Shown: in pieces, positions 38,471 through 52,179 of the stretch
How the letters are laid out: every line of letters starts with the position of its first letter
Position numbering within the stretch: position 1 is the stretch's first letter
NCBI GenBank assembly: GCA_965112155.1
Contig: OZ218102.1
Length of the DNA: 64,000 bases
Strand: one strand, 5' to 3'
Source of the DNA: Podarcis liolepis
Lineage: Eukaryota
Notes under the pieces: model-generated
Told to the model about the DNA's origin: nothing
The model's database searches: none
Seen by the model: only the letters and a program-made list of their open reading frames with translations
Program-made: the position numbers and the translations under genes

Positions 38471-41400
38471 AAATTATTTATTTTTTTAAAAAACCAAGCA
38501 CTCCTAATCTTATTTATTTATTTTTTAAAAGGGGAAGTGCTTCTTCACGCAGCGCATAGTTTGTAGCAGGCAGTGAGGATGGCCGCCAACTTGGATGGCT
38601 TTCTGAGAGGATTATGCAACGGGAGGATAAAGCTATCCATGGCTACTGGGCACGGTGGCCAAGCTCGGCCTCCCCAGTTGGAGGCAGCGGCGTTTCTGAA
38701 GGCCGGTTTTTGGAAACCACGGGAGGGGAGAGCGCCCTTGTGCTCCTGCTCTGTTCCCTGGTTTCCCGCGGGTGTTTGCTTGGCCACTGTGAGAGCAGGA
38801 TCCTGGATTAGATGGGCCATTGGCCTGATCCAGCAGGCTCTTTATGCTCTTAGTTACTTGCGTGTAATTCGAAAGATGCATGGTTGAGCTGCATTGCAGT
38901 GTAAGCAGTACGTTATTATTATTGTTAATTAAGTTTGTTATTCACCTTTTCTTGCCAAACAAGCAAACAAACCCCCCACGTAGATACATTAAAGCCGGGG
39001 TGAGGGTTACATAATAGAAAATCCCATCTACTTCTAAAAGGCAACGGAAGTAAGCCTCACTGAGATCAGTGGGACTTTACATAAGGATGTAATTTCATAC
39101 AAACACAATGAACTGCATAGCTTCAAATAATATAGGGGGAAATGTGTTTTTCCATGCCGGGGAGGGGTAGATATGTCTGTGCATATTAATTTAAGGTTGT
39201 TTGTTTGTTGTAGAAGGATAAGAAAGATAAATCTAAAAAGCATAAAATGAAAATTAAAGAAACACCAACAGAGGAGAATGAACTGTCTGATACAGAATTG
39301 GAACCACCCAAGCCAAAGAAAAGTAAGAAAAAGAAAGAAGTTTTTGATGACATTGAAGTCATAATTGCGGAACACAATACAACATCCTCCGCCACTAATG
39401 GGGTTGGCAACTCAAAAAAGCAGGGTAATGCTGAAGAATCAAATACGGAATGTGAGAGTGACCAAGATCAGGTGAGATGATACCTTCAGACCTTTCATTT
39501 TGTATACTTAATTTCAGCGGAATCTCAGTGCAGAAGTTGGGAAAGGTAAGTGTACTAACCCATGTACTGAGGCAAGGTGTAGTTATAATTCCTTTTCCAA
39601 GCACAATTCAAAGTGTTGATAATTTTTGAGTCCTAACATGGTTTGGGACTTGGATACATGAAGGAATTCCTTTCTGTGTTTCCATGCCCGGGGGCTTAGT
39701 TTATCTGTTATCTTTGTGCCATCACTACCTGAAATGTAGATTGCAATGAGAAAAAGTACCTCCTTGGTGTGACACCCTGTTAATGTAAACTTGCTCTACA
39801 GGGAGGCTTTCCTGGTGACAACTTTATAATCTTTTTGTCACCAGATGAAGACTTTTTAAACTTCTCCCAGACTCTCTAGGTTCCAAGTTTCAACTGTTTC
39901 AATTACTTATATCAATTGCTGGTTTTAATTGTGATGTTTCATTTTTGTTATTGTCAAGACTTTTTGGTGGGGTTTTGTTGTGGGTCACCCTGGGAAACAG
40001 CATTTATTTAAGATACTGCCTGAAGGGAAGTATAGATGAAATAATAATAATTAAAAGTAGAATGTTTCCCAGTCTAGTCCACACATCTATGTTTTCCAGC
40101 ATTGGAAAGTTCTGTCCAAATATTCCATACATTGGAGATGCAAGGGCATTTTATTAACCTTGGGACTTCCAAGTGCACAGACCCAAGGGTTTGGGTAAGC
40201 AGGCTAAAGGTGTCCATTTTCTGAGTTCAGTTTGAGGATAAAGGGCCTTGTTCTTGTAGATGCTATGGCAAAAAATACTCTAACGTAGGGGCGGCTAACT
40301 TCTAAATGGACTGAAACTACAGTAAACACCACAGTAGGGAAAACAGCAGTAACATCAAGATGAGTAGCACCAGACTCATTTAAAAACAGCTCATCTGATG
40401 TTTAAAAGGTTGACAATGAAAAGACATAAGAGTTAGTGTTTGGGAAGCATCCCTAGCAAAAGTCCCACAATTGAGGTGATGCAGTCAAAATGTCTGTGGT
40501 TGCTTTAGAAGGTGGGGTACCCAGAAGAAGGTCTTTGTAATACAGAACGCTGCTGCCAATCCATGTAAATACTGAGATAGAGGGACCAGTGGTCTGATTC
40601 GCAATGATGTAGCTTCTGATGTTCATAACATACATCAAGTTTGGAAGCTACCAGACTTTGTATGAGGAACTTAAAATAATTTCATTATGAATTGTCACTT
40701 GGTTCCCGTTCAAATATGTAGTGCAGTCTCTGAGCCACATCATCAGTGTTTTGCCCTTGTTTAGCTGTTCTCTTGATAAATTATGTCTGTTGACAATGCC
40801 CTTTCAATATAATGGGCTTGCTGTAAGTGTTTTGTACTGAGGTTTTTGTTCTTTTCTTGTTCATCTATACTACAAGTTTATGAGAGCCTTCCATTCCTTA
40901 TTTCCCCCCAAGATGTTCAAATCTGTGAAAACATTTACCAGATATATTAAACATTTTTCCTTCCGGCACTTCTAGCACTTTTTGGAATATTTTAAATTGA
41001 CTTTCTATAACTAATCTTTTGCATTAAAAAAATCCCAACAGGAATTGACTGAAGAGCAAAAGGAAGGAGACTTTGCCAACTTTAATCTCTCTAAAGCAAC
41101 AATTGACCTTCTCAAAGGTATGTTCTTTAAATGTTTACAGTCTGAAGCAGAACACTCCTCTTCCCCCCCTCCCTGCCCATTTTCATCTTGCTCTCACCAG
41201 GACTGGTTATTTCATTATGTCAGAACAGTGGCTGAGCAATAGTAGATGAGATTCCATGTAAGTACAGAATGATGCACATTGGAACAATAGTCAAAATTTA
41301 CAAATACCCTCATGCATTCTAATTTGGCTGTGAACACCAAGGAGAGAGATCTCAGAATCATAGCGGTTTCCTCCAATATTTAAATAAAAACACTTGAATT

Positions 41401-44400
41401 ACTTTCATGCTGTGAATTGGGTTCTTTTCATATAAGCAATTGTCAGCTGTTGAATAATGATGATTTTACATATTTCTATATAAAAGCCTTAACTGTATTC
41501 TTCCACAGCCCGTGGAGTTACCTACCTGTTTCCAGTTCAAGTAAAGACTTACAAGCATATTTCTGATGGTAAAGATGTGATAGCCCAAGCTCGGACTGGA
41601 ACTGGGAAAACCTTCTCTTTTGCCATTCCTTTAATTGAAAAACTTCAGGGAGATCCCCAGGAAAGAAAAAGAGGCCGCACACCAAAGGTGAGTGAAACTG
41701 ACTTTTGCTTCTTCCCCTTCCCCTGCTGCCACCCCCACATGCCCCCAGATGTGCTCCACAAAGTTGGGAGACCCTCCAGAGCAGATTGGGCAGGTAGGAG
41801 GAGGAGATTTTCACCTATGCAGCTCTGAATATCTCCCACCATGTATAATTGTGTATGTTCAAGTAAAAATAAACTTGCAAAAATTCTGAAGATTTTAAAT
41901 AAAAGAATAATCAGCCTATACGTTTACAACACTCAAATAACTAACTGCATTTCAACAAAATATTTAGGTTTTGGTCCTCACTCCAACCAGAGAGTTGGCA
42001 ATGCAAGTAGCCAGAGACTTCAAAGATGTCACAAGGAAACTCACTGTGGCTTGCTTCTATGGAGGAACAGCATATAATGGACAACGTAAGAAATCACAAC
42101 AGTGTTGTTGTTTTTTTGCGGTAGTAGCACTTTAAAAAAAGAAAGAAAGAAGGTTATCTGTGTGATTGAGGAGAAAATACCATTAAAATGTGAAGAAATA
42201 GTGTTACCTTTAGATTAGGCTCTATTACTGCTTGTTACATAAATATTAGCATTGGTGGTGTCTTATTAGGTGCTAAAGACACATTCACTCTATATCCCTG
42301 CTTTTAAAAAGTACTTTTTAAAAAACTGAAGTAGTACTGGTCCCCCTTTCAAACAAAACAGAACACAACAGTGAAGTAAAGTGAAACCTCGGCTCCCGAA
42401 TGCCTCCGTTACCATACATTTCGGCTCCCGAACACCGAAAACCCGGAAGTAAGTGTTCTGGTTTTTGAACGTCTTTTGGAAGCTGAATGTCTGATACCAA
42501 TCGGAAGCTGTGCCTTAGTTTTCGAATGGTTTCGAGAGTTGAACGGGCTGCCGAAACTGATTACATTCGACAACCGAGGTTTGACTGTACTTCACTATTT
42601 CACTTTTCTTGTGTTCAGAGGTGTGTGGTGAAACTTGAAACTTACCTATAGGAAATCAGTGTTGCTTAATAGCTAGGAAGGGATATCAAAAACTGAAGAA
42701 AATAATTACAGCTCCATCCTATGTATTTTTACTTGGGTGGAACTAACTTCCACTGTATTCAGTGCAGCTCATTCTCAGGTTAAGTAAGCATAGGATGGCA
42801 GCCTTAGATTATATTTTAAAGCAAAGGGATTAATGGAAGCACTGACAAATGTCCAAATGAATAAAGTTACACATTTTGGAGAGTAGCATGCCTGAAGGTT
42901 TGGGGCGCTACCAAAGTAGTTCCTGCAAACATTGTCGTAGATATGATCATGTTGTCACAGGAAACTGTTCTTTAGAAATGTGCTGCAGAGCTGTTTCATC
43001 TTCACATGACACTTTTGTCACAATTCGTGAAACTAATTCTTCAGCAATTTAATACATAATCAACATTAACTTTCCTTCTCAGTTGACCTTATGCGTAATG
43101 GCATTGACATCCTGGTTGGGACTCCAGGTCGAATTAAAGACCATCTTCAAAATAACAAATTGGACATTTCCAATCTAAAGCATGTTGTCCTGGATGAAGT
43201 TGACCAGATGTTGGACATGGGATTTGCAGAACAAGTAGAGGAAATTTTAGCATACGCTTATAAAAAAGGTAACTACTACTTCTGTTCACCTGTCATGTCA
43301 AGCCAGAGAGCTCTTTTGTATCTGGATCTGTTTGCTCAGCAGACACTGTGCAGTCCACCTTAGTCTCTCACCTGAATTGAAAGTACTATGGAGCATTGGT
43401 CAATCTGTAGTGGAGGATTAAATTTGAAAGCAATTTAGTCTTACTCTCTTTCAGTGTCAGAGGGCTCTAAATATAATTTGAGTCCAGTGCATAATATAGC
43501 ATATAAATGAAAAAATGAGCTATATGTACATTGGGTTAAAATTATTATACTTTATTTTTAGATATAAAAGTTATTTTTAAGTATTTTGAAATAACCAGTG
43601 TCACACATTGCTTCTAAAAGGGAATGATGCTCTAAAAAGGTTTGGTATGGGGTTGTGTTCCTAATGGCATTTCAATATTTTTTTTAATTGGAGCTTATTA
43701 AAAGTAGAACAGGAAAATGCTCACAAGTAAAGCATGAGACATTGGATATACAAGACATGTGCATTCATTTGGGTTTCTATTTTATACTCTGCATCTGCTT
43801 CTGTTGAATAGTAATACCTTGAGTGCACATGTTGAGAATTATCAGGAAGTAAGAGTGCACAAATATTAATGTAATTTCTTCACTTATTCTGAGTGGCGTT
43901 TTGCCTCTATTGTGGATGCGATGATTATAGATTTTCCTTTATTTTTAATCATGGAAATTAGTTTAATTGCTTTAACTTTGTAAGAAACAATATTTGTTTT
44001 GTGTTAAAGATTCTGAAGACAATCCACAGACATTACTCTTTTCTGCAACTTGCCCGCATTGGGTTTATGATGTAGCAAAGAAATACATGAAATCTAGATA
44101 TGAGCAAATTGATCTTATTGGAAAGAAGACTCAAAAAACTGCAATGAATGTAGAAGTAAGTAATTTCTTCCAGTGAAACAAGATTAAATTTGTGTGTACC
44201 AAGTGTAATTCTTTTCTTTAAAAAGCAAGCAAACCCACAGTAAAGATAATTGGGTTGGATCCAAAGTTGGTTATACTTCGGTCAAACTGAAATCAATTGC
44301 ATTTAAGCCATAACTTATGGCCCACTCCTAGGCATGTCAACTTAGAAGCAAGTCATACTGAATTCACTGGGGCTTACTCCCAGGTAAACAGGGCTAAGAT

Positions 44401-47400
44401 TCCAGCCTAACTTGTGCCATTGATTCTAGTGGGATGAATGTTCAACTAATTTAGCCTTTAGTCATAGCTTTTTTTATTGCTAACCAGCATTAATTTCATT
44501 TTTTGACAGCATTTGGCTATTGAATGTCATTGGTCCCAGAGAGCTGCAGTCATTGGAGACGTTATTCAAGTCTACAGTGGTAGTCATGGACGTACCATCA
44601 TATTTTGTGAGACCAAAAAAGAAGCAACTGAACTGGCCCTGAATGCCTCAATAAAACAGGTGCAATGACCCTCATTTCTGTAAAGGATTGCTACAAAATC
44701 AACTTAGCTTGAGCTGACTTTGGGAAAGGGTGTCTTGTTGAAGTGGATGCCATTTTGGCAGTCTCACAGTGCAAGTATCCTGTTTTCTGCATGAATGTAT
44801 TCATGCAGCTATGGATATTTTGGACATCACACTTTTCATGTAAAGGGGGGGGGGATAGAAAATGGGTATGTCAGAATTCAGGGAAAATATTCTCTTGCAT
44901 CCAAGATCTGTCAGAGCTCATTTAAATTGCTTTTAAATTGGGAAGGAAACTGATCCTTGTCATTTGTCACTTCTGCCAATAATCTCCCATTAACTCTGTT
45001 TTATGTACTTAGGATGCACAGTCTTTACATGGTGACATTCCACAAAAGCAGAGAGAAGTTACACTGAAAGGCTTTCGCAATGGATCATTTGGAGTTCTGG
45101 TTGCAACCAATGTCGCTGCCCGAGGTTTAGATATCCCAGAGGTTGATCTGGTAATACAAAGTTCACCACCAAAGGTAAATTACTAGTTCCTAGTGGAAAG
45201 GAGAGAAACCCCTTTAATTGTATGTTCATGTTGCAGGCCAGAGGTAGCTTACTTAAAGTGACACACAACAATGAATGCCACATGTAGTGTTTTGTGCAAT
45301 CTGTCTTTCATTTTGCATAGCTAGGCACTCTTGCATGTTAGTAAATGTGAATGTTTGGCTTCTCTGTAGCTTTTTCGTAAGATTAATATAAGCATTTCCC
45401 ATGACTTTTCATTTGTGAAGGATGTAGAGTCCTATATTCATCGTTCTGGGCGCACAGGTCGAGCTGGCCGAACTGGGATGTGCATCTGTTTCTATCAGCG
45501 CAAGGAAGATTATCAGCTGAGACAAGTAGAACAAAAAGCGGTAATTATCATCTTCCAACTTTTTTGTGTCATTTATATGTTGGATATCTAAGCCATTGGC
45601 ATGTGTCTCCAAGGGTGGCTTTTCACTTGAATAATGTACATACTCTTACTCTTATCTTCAGGGGATTACATTTAAACGCGTGGGTGTTCCTACAGCAACG
45701 GACATTATTAAGGCTTCCAGTAAAGATGCTCTCAGGTACTTCATTCTTTGTTTATATTTTGAACTTAATGCAGTGTCCAGTGCATTTCCATTAACCATAT
45801 CTGTCCGAGATCAGATCAGGATATTGACTTAATGAAGACAGATTACAGATTCTGCTTCACAGCCTTCTATTTTAGCTCACAAGAACATTGGCACTGTTGC
45901 ACATTTTTGTTTTTCTGCAGCATTTTTTTCAGCACTTTTGTCAGCTGTGGAGAGTATGTATGTGGGTGTGTACTGATTTGATCTGAATTTGTCAGGAAAA
46001 ACCAAGAAACAAATTACTGGAGGCATACAGGGAAGTTTGGGTAATAATCTAGGGGTTGCATCCAGCTGGTCTTCCCCCTCTGTGTTCGCCATGCTCCTCA
46101 CAAGGCTGATGCAGAGTTTTGGGAAGTGAGGGGACTCGCCTGAACAACATGGGAAGAGGAAAATGATTTATCTACCCACTTCTGTTGTAGTTCAGCATAT
46201 ACTGTTGAGTGGAGCTCCCTAAACCTCTGGAGAATCATTTTGTAGAAGTCAAAGTAGGAAGAGGAGAAGATTATGCAAGTCACCTTCTGTCAGCCATTGG
46301 ATACAACCCTAGAATTCCAAAGCTGCAATCCTGTACATGTTCTGAAGTAAGCCCCAAAATAGTGGGGTTTGCTCTCCAGTACGTGTATCCAGGATTGCAG
46401 CCTTGTTTAAGCTTCAGTATCTCCTGTGTTATAAAATGTGCACTTCTCATTTCAGCAGTTTACATGACACTGATTAATCTTTTGCTCAGATCTTTGGATT
46501 CCGTTCCTCCATCTGCCATTGACCACTTCAGACAGGCAGCTGAACGGCTGATAGAGGAAAAGGGGGCAGTGGAAGCTCTGGCTGCCGCACTGGCTCATAT
46601 TTCTGGAGCTACTGCCATTGAACAGCGTTCTTTGCTCAACTCGGATGCGGTAAATATGCATGCAGTTGCATAACATTTATATAGTCTATATAAGATCTGT
46701 TTTAAGGATAATCCTAGTCAAACTTTCCTGAAAGGACTCCATTATCTGGGTGTGAACACAGCGAAACTGCCACACCCACAAGGTCACACACCCCCTCTTG
46801 ACATACTGAATGTACCAATACATTGTCTTTTTGACAAAGGACTAGCCAGTGTGGTATAATGGGTAGAGTGTAGGACTGGGACTTGGGAGGGTTCAAGTCC
46901 CCACTGGGCCATACAGTTCACTCAGTGACGTTGGGTGAGCCACTGCCTTTCAGCCTAGCCTACCTCACAGGGTTGTTGTGGGGATTAAATGGGAGAGGAC
47001 CACATACGCCACCTTGAACTTGGAGAAAAAGATGGGATATAAATGCAACAAACTAAGTAAATGAACAAATAATATTTGAGCCATAATTAAGTGATCGTGC
47101 ATGGGCCCTGTAATTCCTTCTTTGGCAGGGGATCTTTTCCTACCACCACCAAGGATAAAACACGCACATTCATAGACATTGAATTTTGTGATGGCAACAA
47201 TATTAACTACTGTTAAGGTTATCCAGGATTCTCTTTTAACTGGAATTTGAATGCTGCTTATATCTGCACTGGCCCTAATTGTATGACTGGCCTCCCAATG
47301 AAGATGTATTAAGGATATTAAATATAGATTGGTTTTATAAAAACTAAACAGTCTATTTGGTAGTTTCACTGAATTATTGTGGAACCCTTTGTGTCGTTTT

Positions 47401-49955
47401 TATTAATAATCAAATTCTTATACCTCACCCTTCATCTGTGGATCTTAGGGCGGTTCACAGCATAAAAATACAAGATAAAAACACATAATAAAAACAAGAA
47501 ACAAAACAATAACCCCAACCCCCTCTCAAAAACACAATATATAGGATGTCAGTCAGCCAAAAGCCTGGTTGAATGGGAATGCTTTCACCTGGAGCCTAAA
47601 GTTGTATAATGAAGGTGCCAGGGGAATCTCCTCGGGGAAAGCATTCCAGTATAAAGGCCCTGTCATGCATCTCCCCCTACCAGATAAGCCCCCGTTGACA
47701 ACATTAGCAACAAGGCCTCGTCTGATTGTAAGGTCCAAATATGGTTGATACTAGAGAAGGTACTCTATTAGATACTTGGGCCCCAAGCCACATGGGGCTT
47801 TATATAGACTAGTACTCTACTAACACCTTGAATTTGGCCTGGTAGTTCACTGACAGCCATTGTGGTGCTTTCAGGATTGGTAGCACAAATTCTTATCAGG
47901 CTGCCCCACTTACAACCTAGCAGCCATTAGTTGTAATGTAAAGACCTTTATCAAAAGCTCTTAACAATTAACCGGTTATATCCCTCTTCTGTTACTGTAA
48001 ATGTCTATTGCTGCTTGCTTTTTTAAAGGGTTTTGTGACCATGACACTTCAGTGTTCAGTAGAAATGCACACCATTGGCTATGCTTGGCGAGGTCTGAAA
48101 GAACAGCTGGGTGAGGACATTGACAGCAAAGTGTCCCGAATGCGCTTTCTTAAGGGGAAGACGGTAAGAAATATTGACCTAGACATTTTGTAGGTATTTG
48201 CTAGTTGAGCATTTTATAGTATTTGTTTTTCCTCATCTGTTCTGATAACATGCAAAGCACAGGTTTTGCACTTGAAAACCAAAATGGTATTGGTGAAATG
48301 ATATGAGGATGAATTTTATAATTAGAGTTAGTGTTGTCGTAGGATAGAACATAATACGTTGGAAATATGCAGAGTTGAATCATCACTTTTATGTGGCTGT
48401 GAATAAGTCCTAGTTCTCTAACATTTTAAATAGAAACATGTACTCTAGAATTACTATGAATGAGGATTACAGAGCATGTTGTAACATCTATAAAATGTTT
48501 GGAAGTAAGGGTTATTTGATCTGCTTTATAAGTGACGGAATAAAATACAAGCACTTCTTTGTGTAGACTTCATATATTTGCAGGAAATTTTTCAAGTACT
48601 GTACAGTTATTACTTCTGTTAGTGTTAATGGCTGACAAATCCTTTCCTCCTTCTCCATTTGACTTGTGTTTAGTTATTGAAAAACCAGCCATCTGTGTTT
48701 GTCCTCATCAAACTAGTAGCCTTTTCTGGTTCTTAATGCTGGTCTGTAAAATACTTGGCCTTCGCCAGTACCTGAACTATTCACTTAAACGCTGCTCTAT
48801 AATTTTTTTATACAAATCAAATGCTGGCACTTTGTCAGGCACTTACTGTTGCATCTTAATATGTGAACTAATAAGTTTGCCTTCTTCAAAGTGTTGCAGA
48901 TTTCTTTGTTTAATGCCTGACGGTCAGTGTCTCTCTCTTGTATTCAGGGTGTGTGCTTTGATATTCCTGTTGCTGAACTAAATAAAGTACAGGTGAGAAA
49001 TTGCTACTTAATGGATTTTTAAGTTTTTTCCACTTTATTATTAATGAAGAAATATGAGCTATCATTATAAAAACATTAAATTGGAAATGTTGCATTTTAG
49101 GAAGGAAGAAATTGGTTTAAGAAATTTAATCAAGGGGTGAAATGGAACCTGATCGTTTCTACTCTTTTTTATCATTAAATACCTCTTGCCCAAGATTTGA
49201 TTCCATTCAGAACACTACCACGTGGTTAAAACATGTATTTTATCAGATTATGTCCAATAACTAGAGGCAATGTAATTAACTTTTCAATGGCTGAATAGCA
49301 TTTATAAAGTGTTACCTAAACCATTGTTTCCCAAACTTGGGTCTCCTGCTGTTTTTTTGGACTACAGTTCCCATCATCCCTGGCCACTGGTCTTGCTTGC
49401 TAGCTAGGGATGATGGGAGTTGTAGTTCAAAAGCAGCTGGAAGCCCAAGTTTGGGAAACTGATCAAAACACTAGTTAAAGTAAGAAACATGGCTTCTTTT
49501 TTTACAGAAATGCTCGCTTTTGGAAGTTTTGAAACTTCCTTTAAACCAACTTTTGTTGGTCATTGTATGGAAGAAACATAGGAGAAAATAACAGGTTACC
49601 TTGAGGTGTCAAGAGGCAATATAACAATACTTTTCTTAACTTACTTTGATGCCTTGGGGGGGGGTGGGAATCTTCCATGTAGCTCAGAAAACTTCTGTCC
49701 CTTTATTTTATGTGATGTTTGCAAATACTGGTTTGTAAATTCAGTGCTGATTGTGTTTTTTATTAGCAAACATGGCAGGATACAAGACGCTGGCAACTTT
49801 CTGTGGCAACGGAATTGCCCGAGCTTGAAGAATCACGTGACAGCGGCCGAAGTGGTGGCTCGGATTTCAGGAATGGAAGGCGAGGTGGCGGCTCCAACAG
49901 GCATGACAGATTCAGAAACAGGGGCCAAAAAAGAAGCCATAGCCGGGCTTTTTGA
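38090..49955 (+). CDS. DDX21: Nucleolar RNA helicase 2 (DDX21/DDX50 family DEAD-box helicase with GUCT domain), complete; closest to DDX21
   Basis: Exons 38090-38194, 39214-39471, 41042-41117, 41509-41687, 41968-42085, 43083-43268, 44010-44155, 44510-44659, 45013-45174, 45421-45540, 45662-45735, 46490-46649, 48029-48163, 48948-48992, 49767-49955 (TGA 49953-49955) total 2103 nt = 700 aa. Motifs: [45 protein letters not shown]; DDX21-like [13 protein letters not shown] and [10 protein letters not shown]. The start may extend to the in-frame ATG at 37772. Confidence 0.93.
38530..38852 (+). mobile_element. CR1 LINE 3' fragment in DDX21 intron 1
   Basis: TTCTTCACGCAGCGCATAG...GATGGCCGCCAACTTGGATGGCTT...GGCCTGATCCAGCAGGCTCTTTATG, homologous to 7980-8400. 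Confidence 0.75.
42377..42587. mobile_element. Tc1/mariner-type non-autonomous element
   Basis: Left AAACCTCGG, right CCGAGGTTTGACTG|TA, internal AAACCCGGAAGT shared with the 26109 and 60827 elements. Confidence 0.65.
46843..47060 (+). mobile_element. Older tRNA-derived SINE (Squam3/MIR-like)
   Basis: AGCCAGTGTGGTATAATGG...GGTTCAAGTCCCCAC...CTACCTCACAGGGTTGTTGTG...GGGATATAAATG. Confidence 0.75.
47400..47930 (-). mobile_element. Degenerate L2-like LINE 3' fragment
   Basis: GGGCGGTTCACAGC tail, A-rich UTR, then AAAGCCTGG...TTCACCTGG...GAAGGTGCCAGG...GCATTCCA, typical of an L2 ORF2 end read on the minus strand. Confidence 0.55.
49322..49461. mobile_element. Palindromic hAT-type MITE, same family as 14114
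   Basis: GTTTCCCAAACTTGGG...GGACTACAGTTCCCATCATCCC / GGGATGATGGGAGTTGTAG...CCCAAGTTTGGGAAAC. Confidence 0.8.
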
Positions 49956-50008
49956 TCATTTGTTAATATGTCATACACAGCTGGGACTAAATCACTTGTT
50001 TTATCAGA

Positions 50009-50014
50009 AGTAAA
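50009..50014 (+). terminator. Candidate non-canonical poly(A) signal AGTAAA for DDX21
   Basis: AGTAAA ~55 nt after the stop followed by a T/GT-rich tract; no AATAAA seen until ~51594. Confidence 0.45.
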
Positions 50015-51627
50015 GTTGGTTACACTTTCCTTTGTGCTTTTTATTGCTTTCTTAGATTTGTCTCATTCATACAATTCTGGCCACATAACTCACTTGTTGG
50101 GGTAGGGAAACGGGAGTGAATCGTTCTAGTTTTGAATGTTACTAGGTAATTTTGCAATAAGGACTTGGGTCCAGAGTTTGTTTAATTCCCCCTGAAAAAA
50201 TTGCTCTGGGTGGGGTTAGAGGATGCTCTGGAACAATATGTGGCTCTAGGGGACTGCACAGGGAGTGGGAATTTGACAAATGTTGCCTCCTTCTCTCCTC
50301 TCCCCCATTCCACTAGCAGGATTTCACCACTCAATCAAAAAGCTGTGGACAAAAGGAGCCATTGTGTTTGCAGAATGCAAAGTCCGGATCCAACCCAAGG
50401 GCTGCTATGCCATCCCTTTGTGCTAGTTAATGTGAGTGGATGGTGGTGTAGGATCAGGAGCCAGTTGTACTAAATGCAGTGGTGCTCAACCCCAATCTTC
50501 TACATTACTCTTAAGGCCATAATCATGATCACTTGGCTGCTGACAGATGGCACCACAACCTACAGCTTTCTGAGAGGTGTCAGGCCATTGTAATAGCCTC
50601 GGAGGGAGGTGGCAGTGGGTGGTCCAGGCAAGCTTTGGATAAAGTTACAACTAGCCAGGGCAGCTGCTCATCAGATGTCCGGCTCCGCTGCCCACTTTAC
50701 CCACTATGTTGTTTCAGCTTTGGTGGCAGAAGGCAAAGAGGTGGGAAGTGACAGGAGAGCAGTACAGTTGTCAGGGAGCTGTCCTATCATGAGTGTCCTT
50801 CCACAGCTCACCTGAGCTGCTGTCTTCTGCTTGCAAAAGGCCTCAGCTGAGTGTGGGAGACTTGGTGAGGCCTGGAGGGAAGTGGGAGCTTTGTGGGGAA
50901 GAGGTGGGGTTGGTGCGCCTTGGCACTGTTTTGTACCTCTTGACATGGGGTGGGGAGCAGGAGGATGGACTGAAGAACATTGAAGCTATCGGCCTGGAGC
51001 AGGCTTAGGAATCTCCGTTTGATATTTCAGATCAAGATGTGTTAGTGGGACAATCACATTTCAGTTATGTGACATTGCAATTATGTCATGTGATGGGTTG
51101 CCCTGCCCATATGTCAAAGTAGGCCCACAGGGTTGGAGCCAAACAGGTTCCTCACTCCTGGTCTAATGGATAAGTGTGTGGGGTTGGTGAGGGGAAGGGT
51201 TGTTGTGGGTCACGGTTGTAGGTGGGTTTGGTAAGCAGCACAAGCTGTGGTGGACACCTAGTGTTGAGAGTGGGAGAGGTAGGCTGCAGTGCAATGCAAT
51301 GCAACCCACCCACTCAGCCAATCCCATTATCACAACCCTGTGAATCTGAAAGAGCATTGAAAATTGTAGCCTTGGTTCACCCAACAGCCCACAAAAGGCA
51401 CATTTATATCACTAAACTCCAGAACAAGCTATTAGCTGCACATATTTTTAAATAATATAATAATTTATTATTTATACCCTGCCCATCTGGCTGGGTTTCC
51501 CCAGCCACACTGGGTGTGGGTGGCTTTTAATGTTTTGATGTTTGGTTTTAGACTGTTGTAACCCATTTTGGGACCTGCTGGTGAAGGGTAGGTAATAAAA
51601 TAACAACAATACACATTAATAATACAC

Positions 51628-51672
<45 letters not shown>

Positions 51673-51686
51673 TACTACTACTACTA
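51628..51686. repeat. Compound microsatellite (TAT)n(TAC)n
   Basis: Directly visible. Confidence 0.95.
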
Positions 51687-52179
51687 TGTACTGCTTTTTT
51701 GCCCAAAGCCCTCTAAAAGCATGAAAATGCATCATACAGAGGAGTATAAGAAGGGAAGTGCCATTGATCAGTAAATAAAGCAACACAAGATTGCAAAATC
51801 ACAACATTCGAGTGTGGGGAAAAAATCCTTCCCAAGTTTATTGACCAGTCTGATAAATATTTTATATTTAAATATTAAACCATGGGGATTCTCCTGGGTT
51901 CCCTCCCCTCTTCTTGAGGGTTTTGTGTTCCAAGTTAGGAGCCACTGTAAATCTCTGGGCTATGAAAAATCATCTTTAGATCCAGTACTCAACCAAAGAC
52001 GACAGAGTGTCGTGACACCCCTTAAGGATACTTTAAACAACAGTCGTGGCTCCCCCCCCCCCCCCGCGCAAATTATCCTTCCAAAGCGATAGCTTGTAGG
52101 GTGCCAGGAGTTACTGGGAGGTCCCTATTCTCCCTCACGGAGATAATCACAAAACTACGCTTGAGCCCAATTTCCTCTG

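Noticed and set aside
41486-41493. U12-like branch site GCCTTAAC in DDX21 intron 3; GTATCC donor in intron 1
   Set aside because: Intron 3 donor is GTATGTTC and intron 1 donor is GTATCCGG, neither matching the U12 consensus GTATCCTT.
46322-46401. 80-nt hairpin resembling a pre-miRNA
   Set aside because: One of several copies of a palindromic interspersed repeat in the window; no recognisable mature miRNA.
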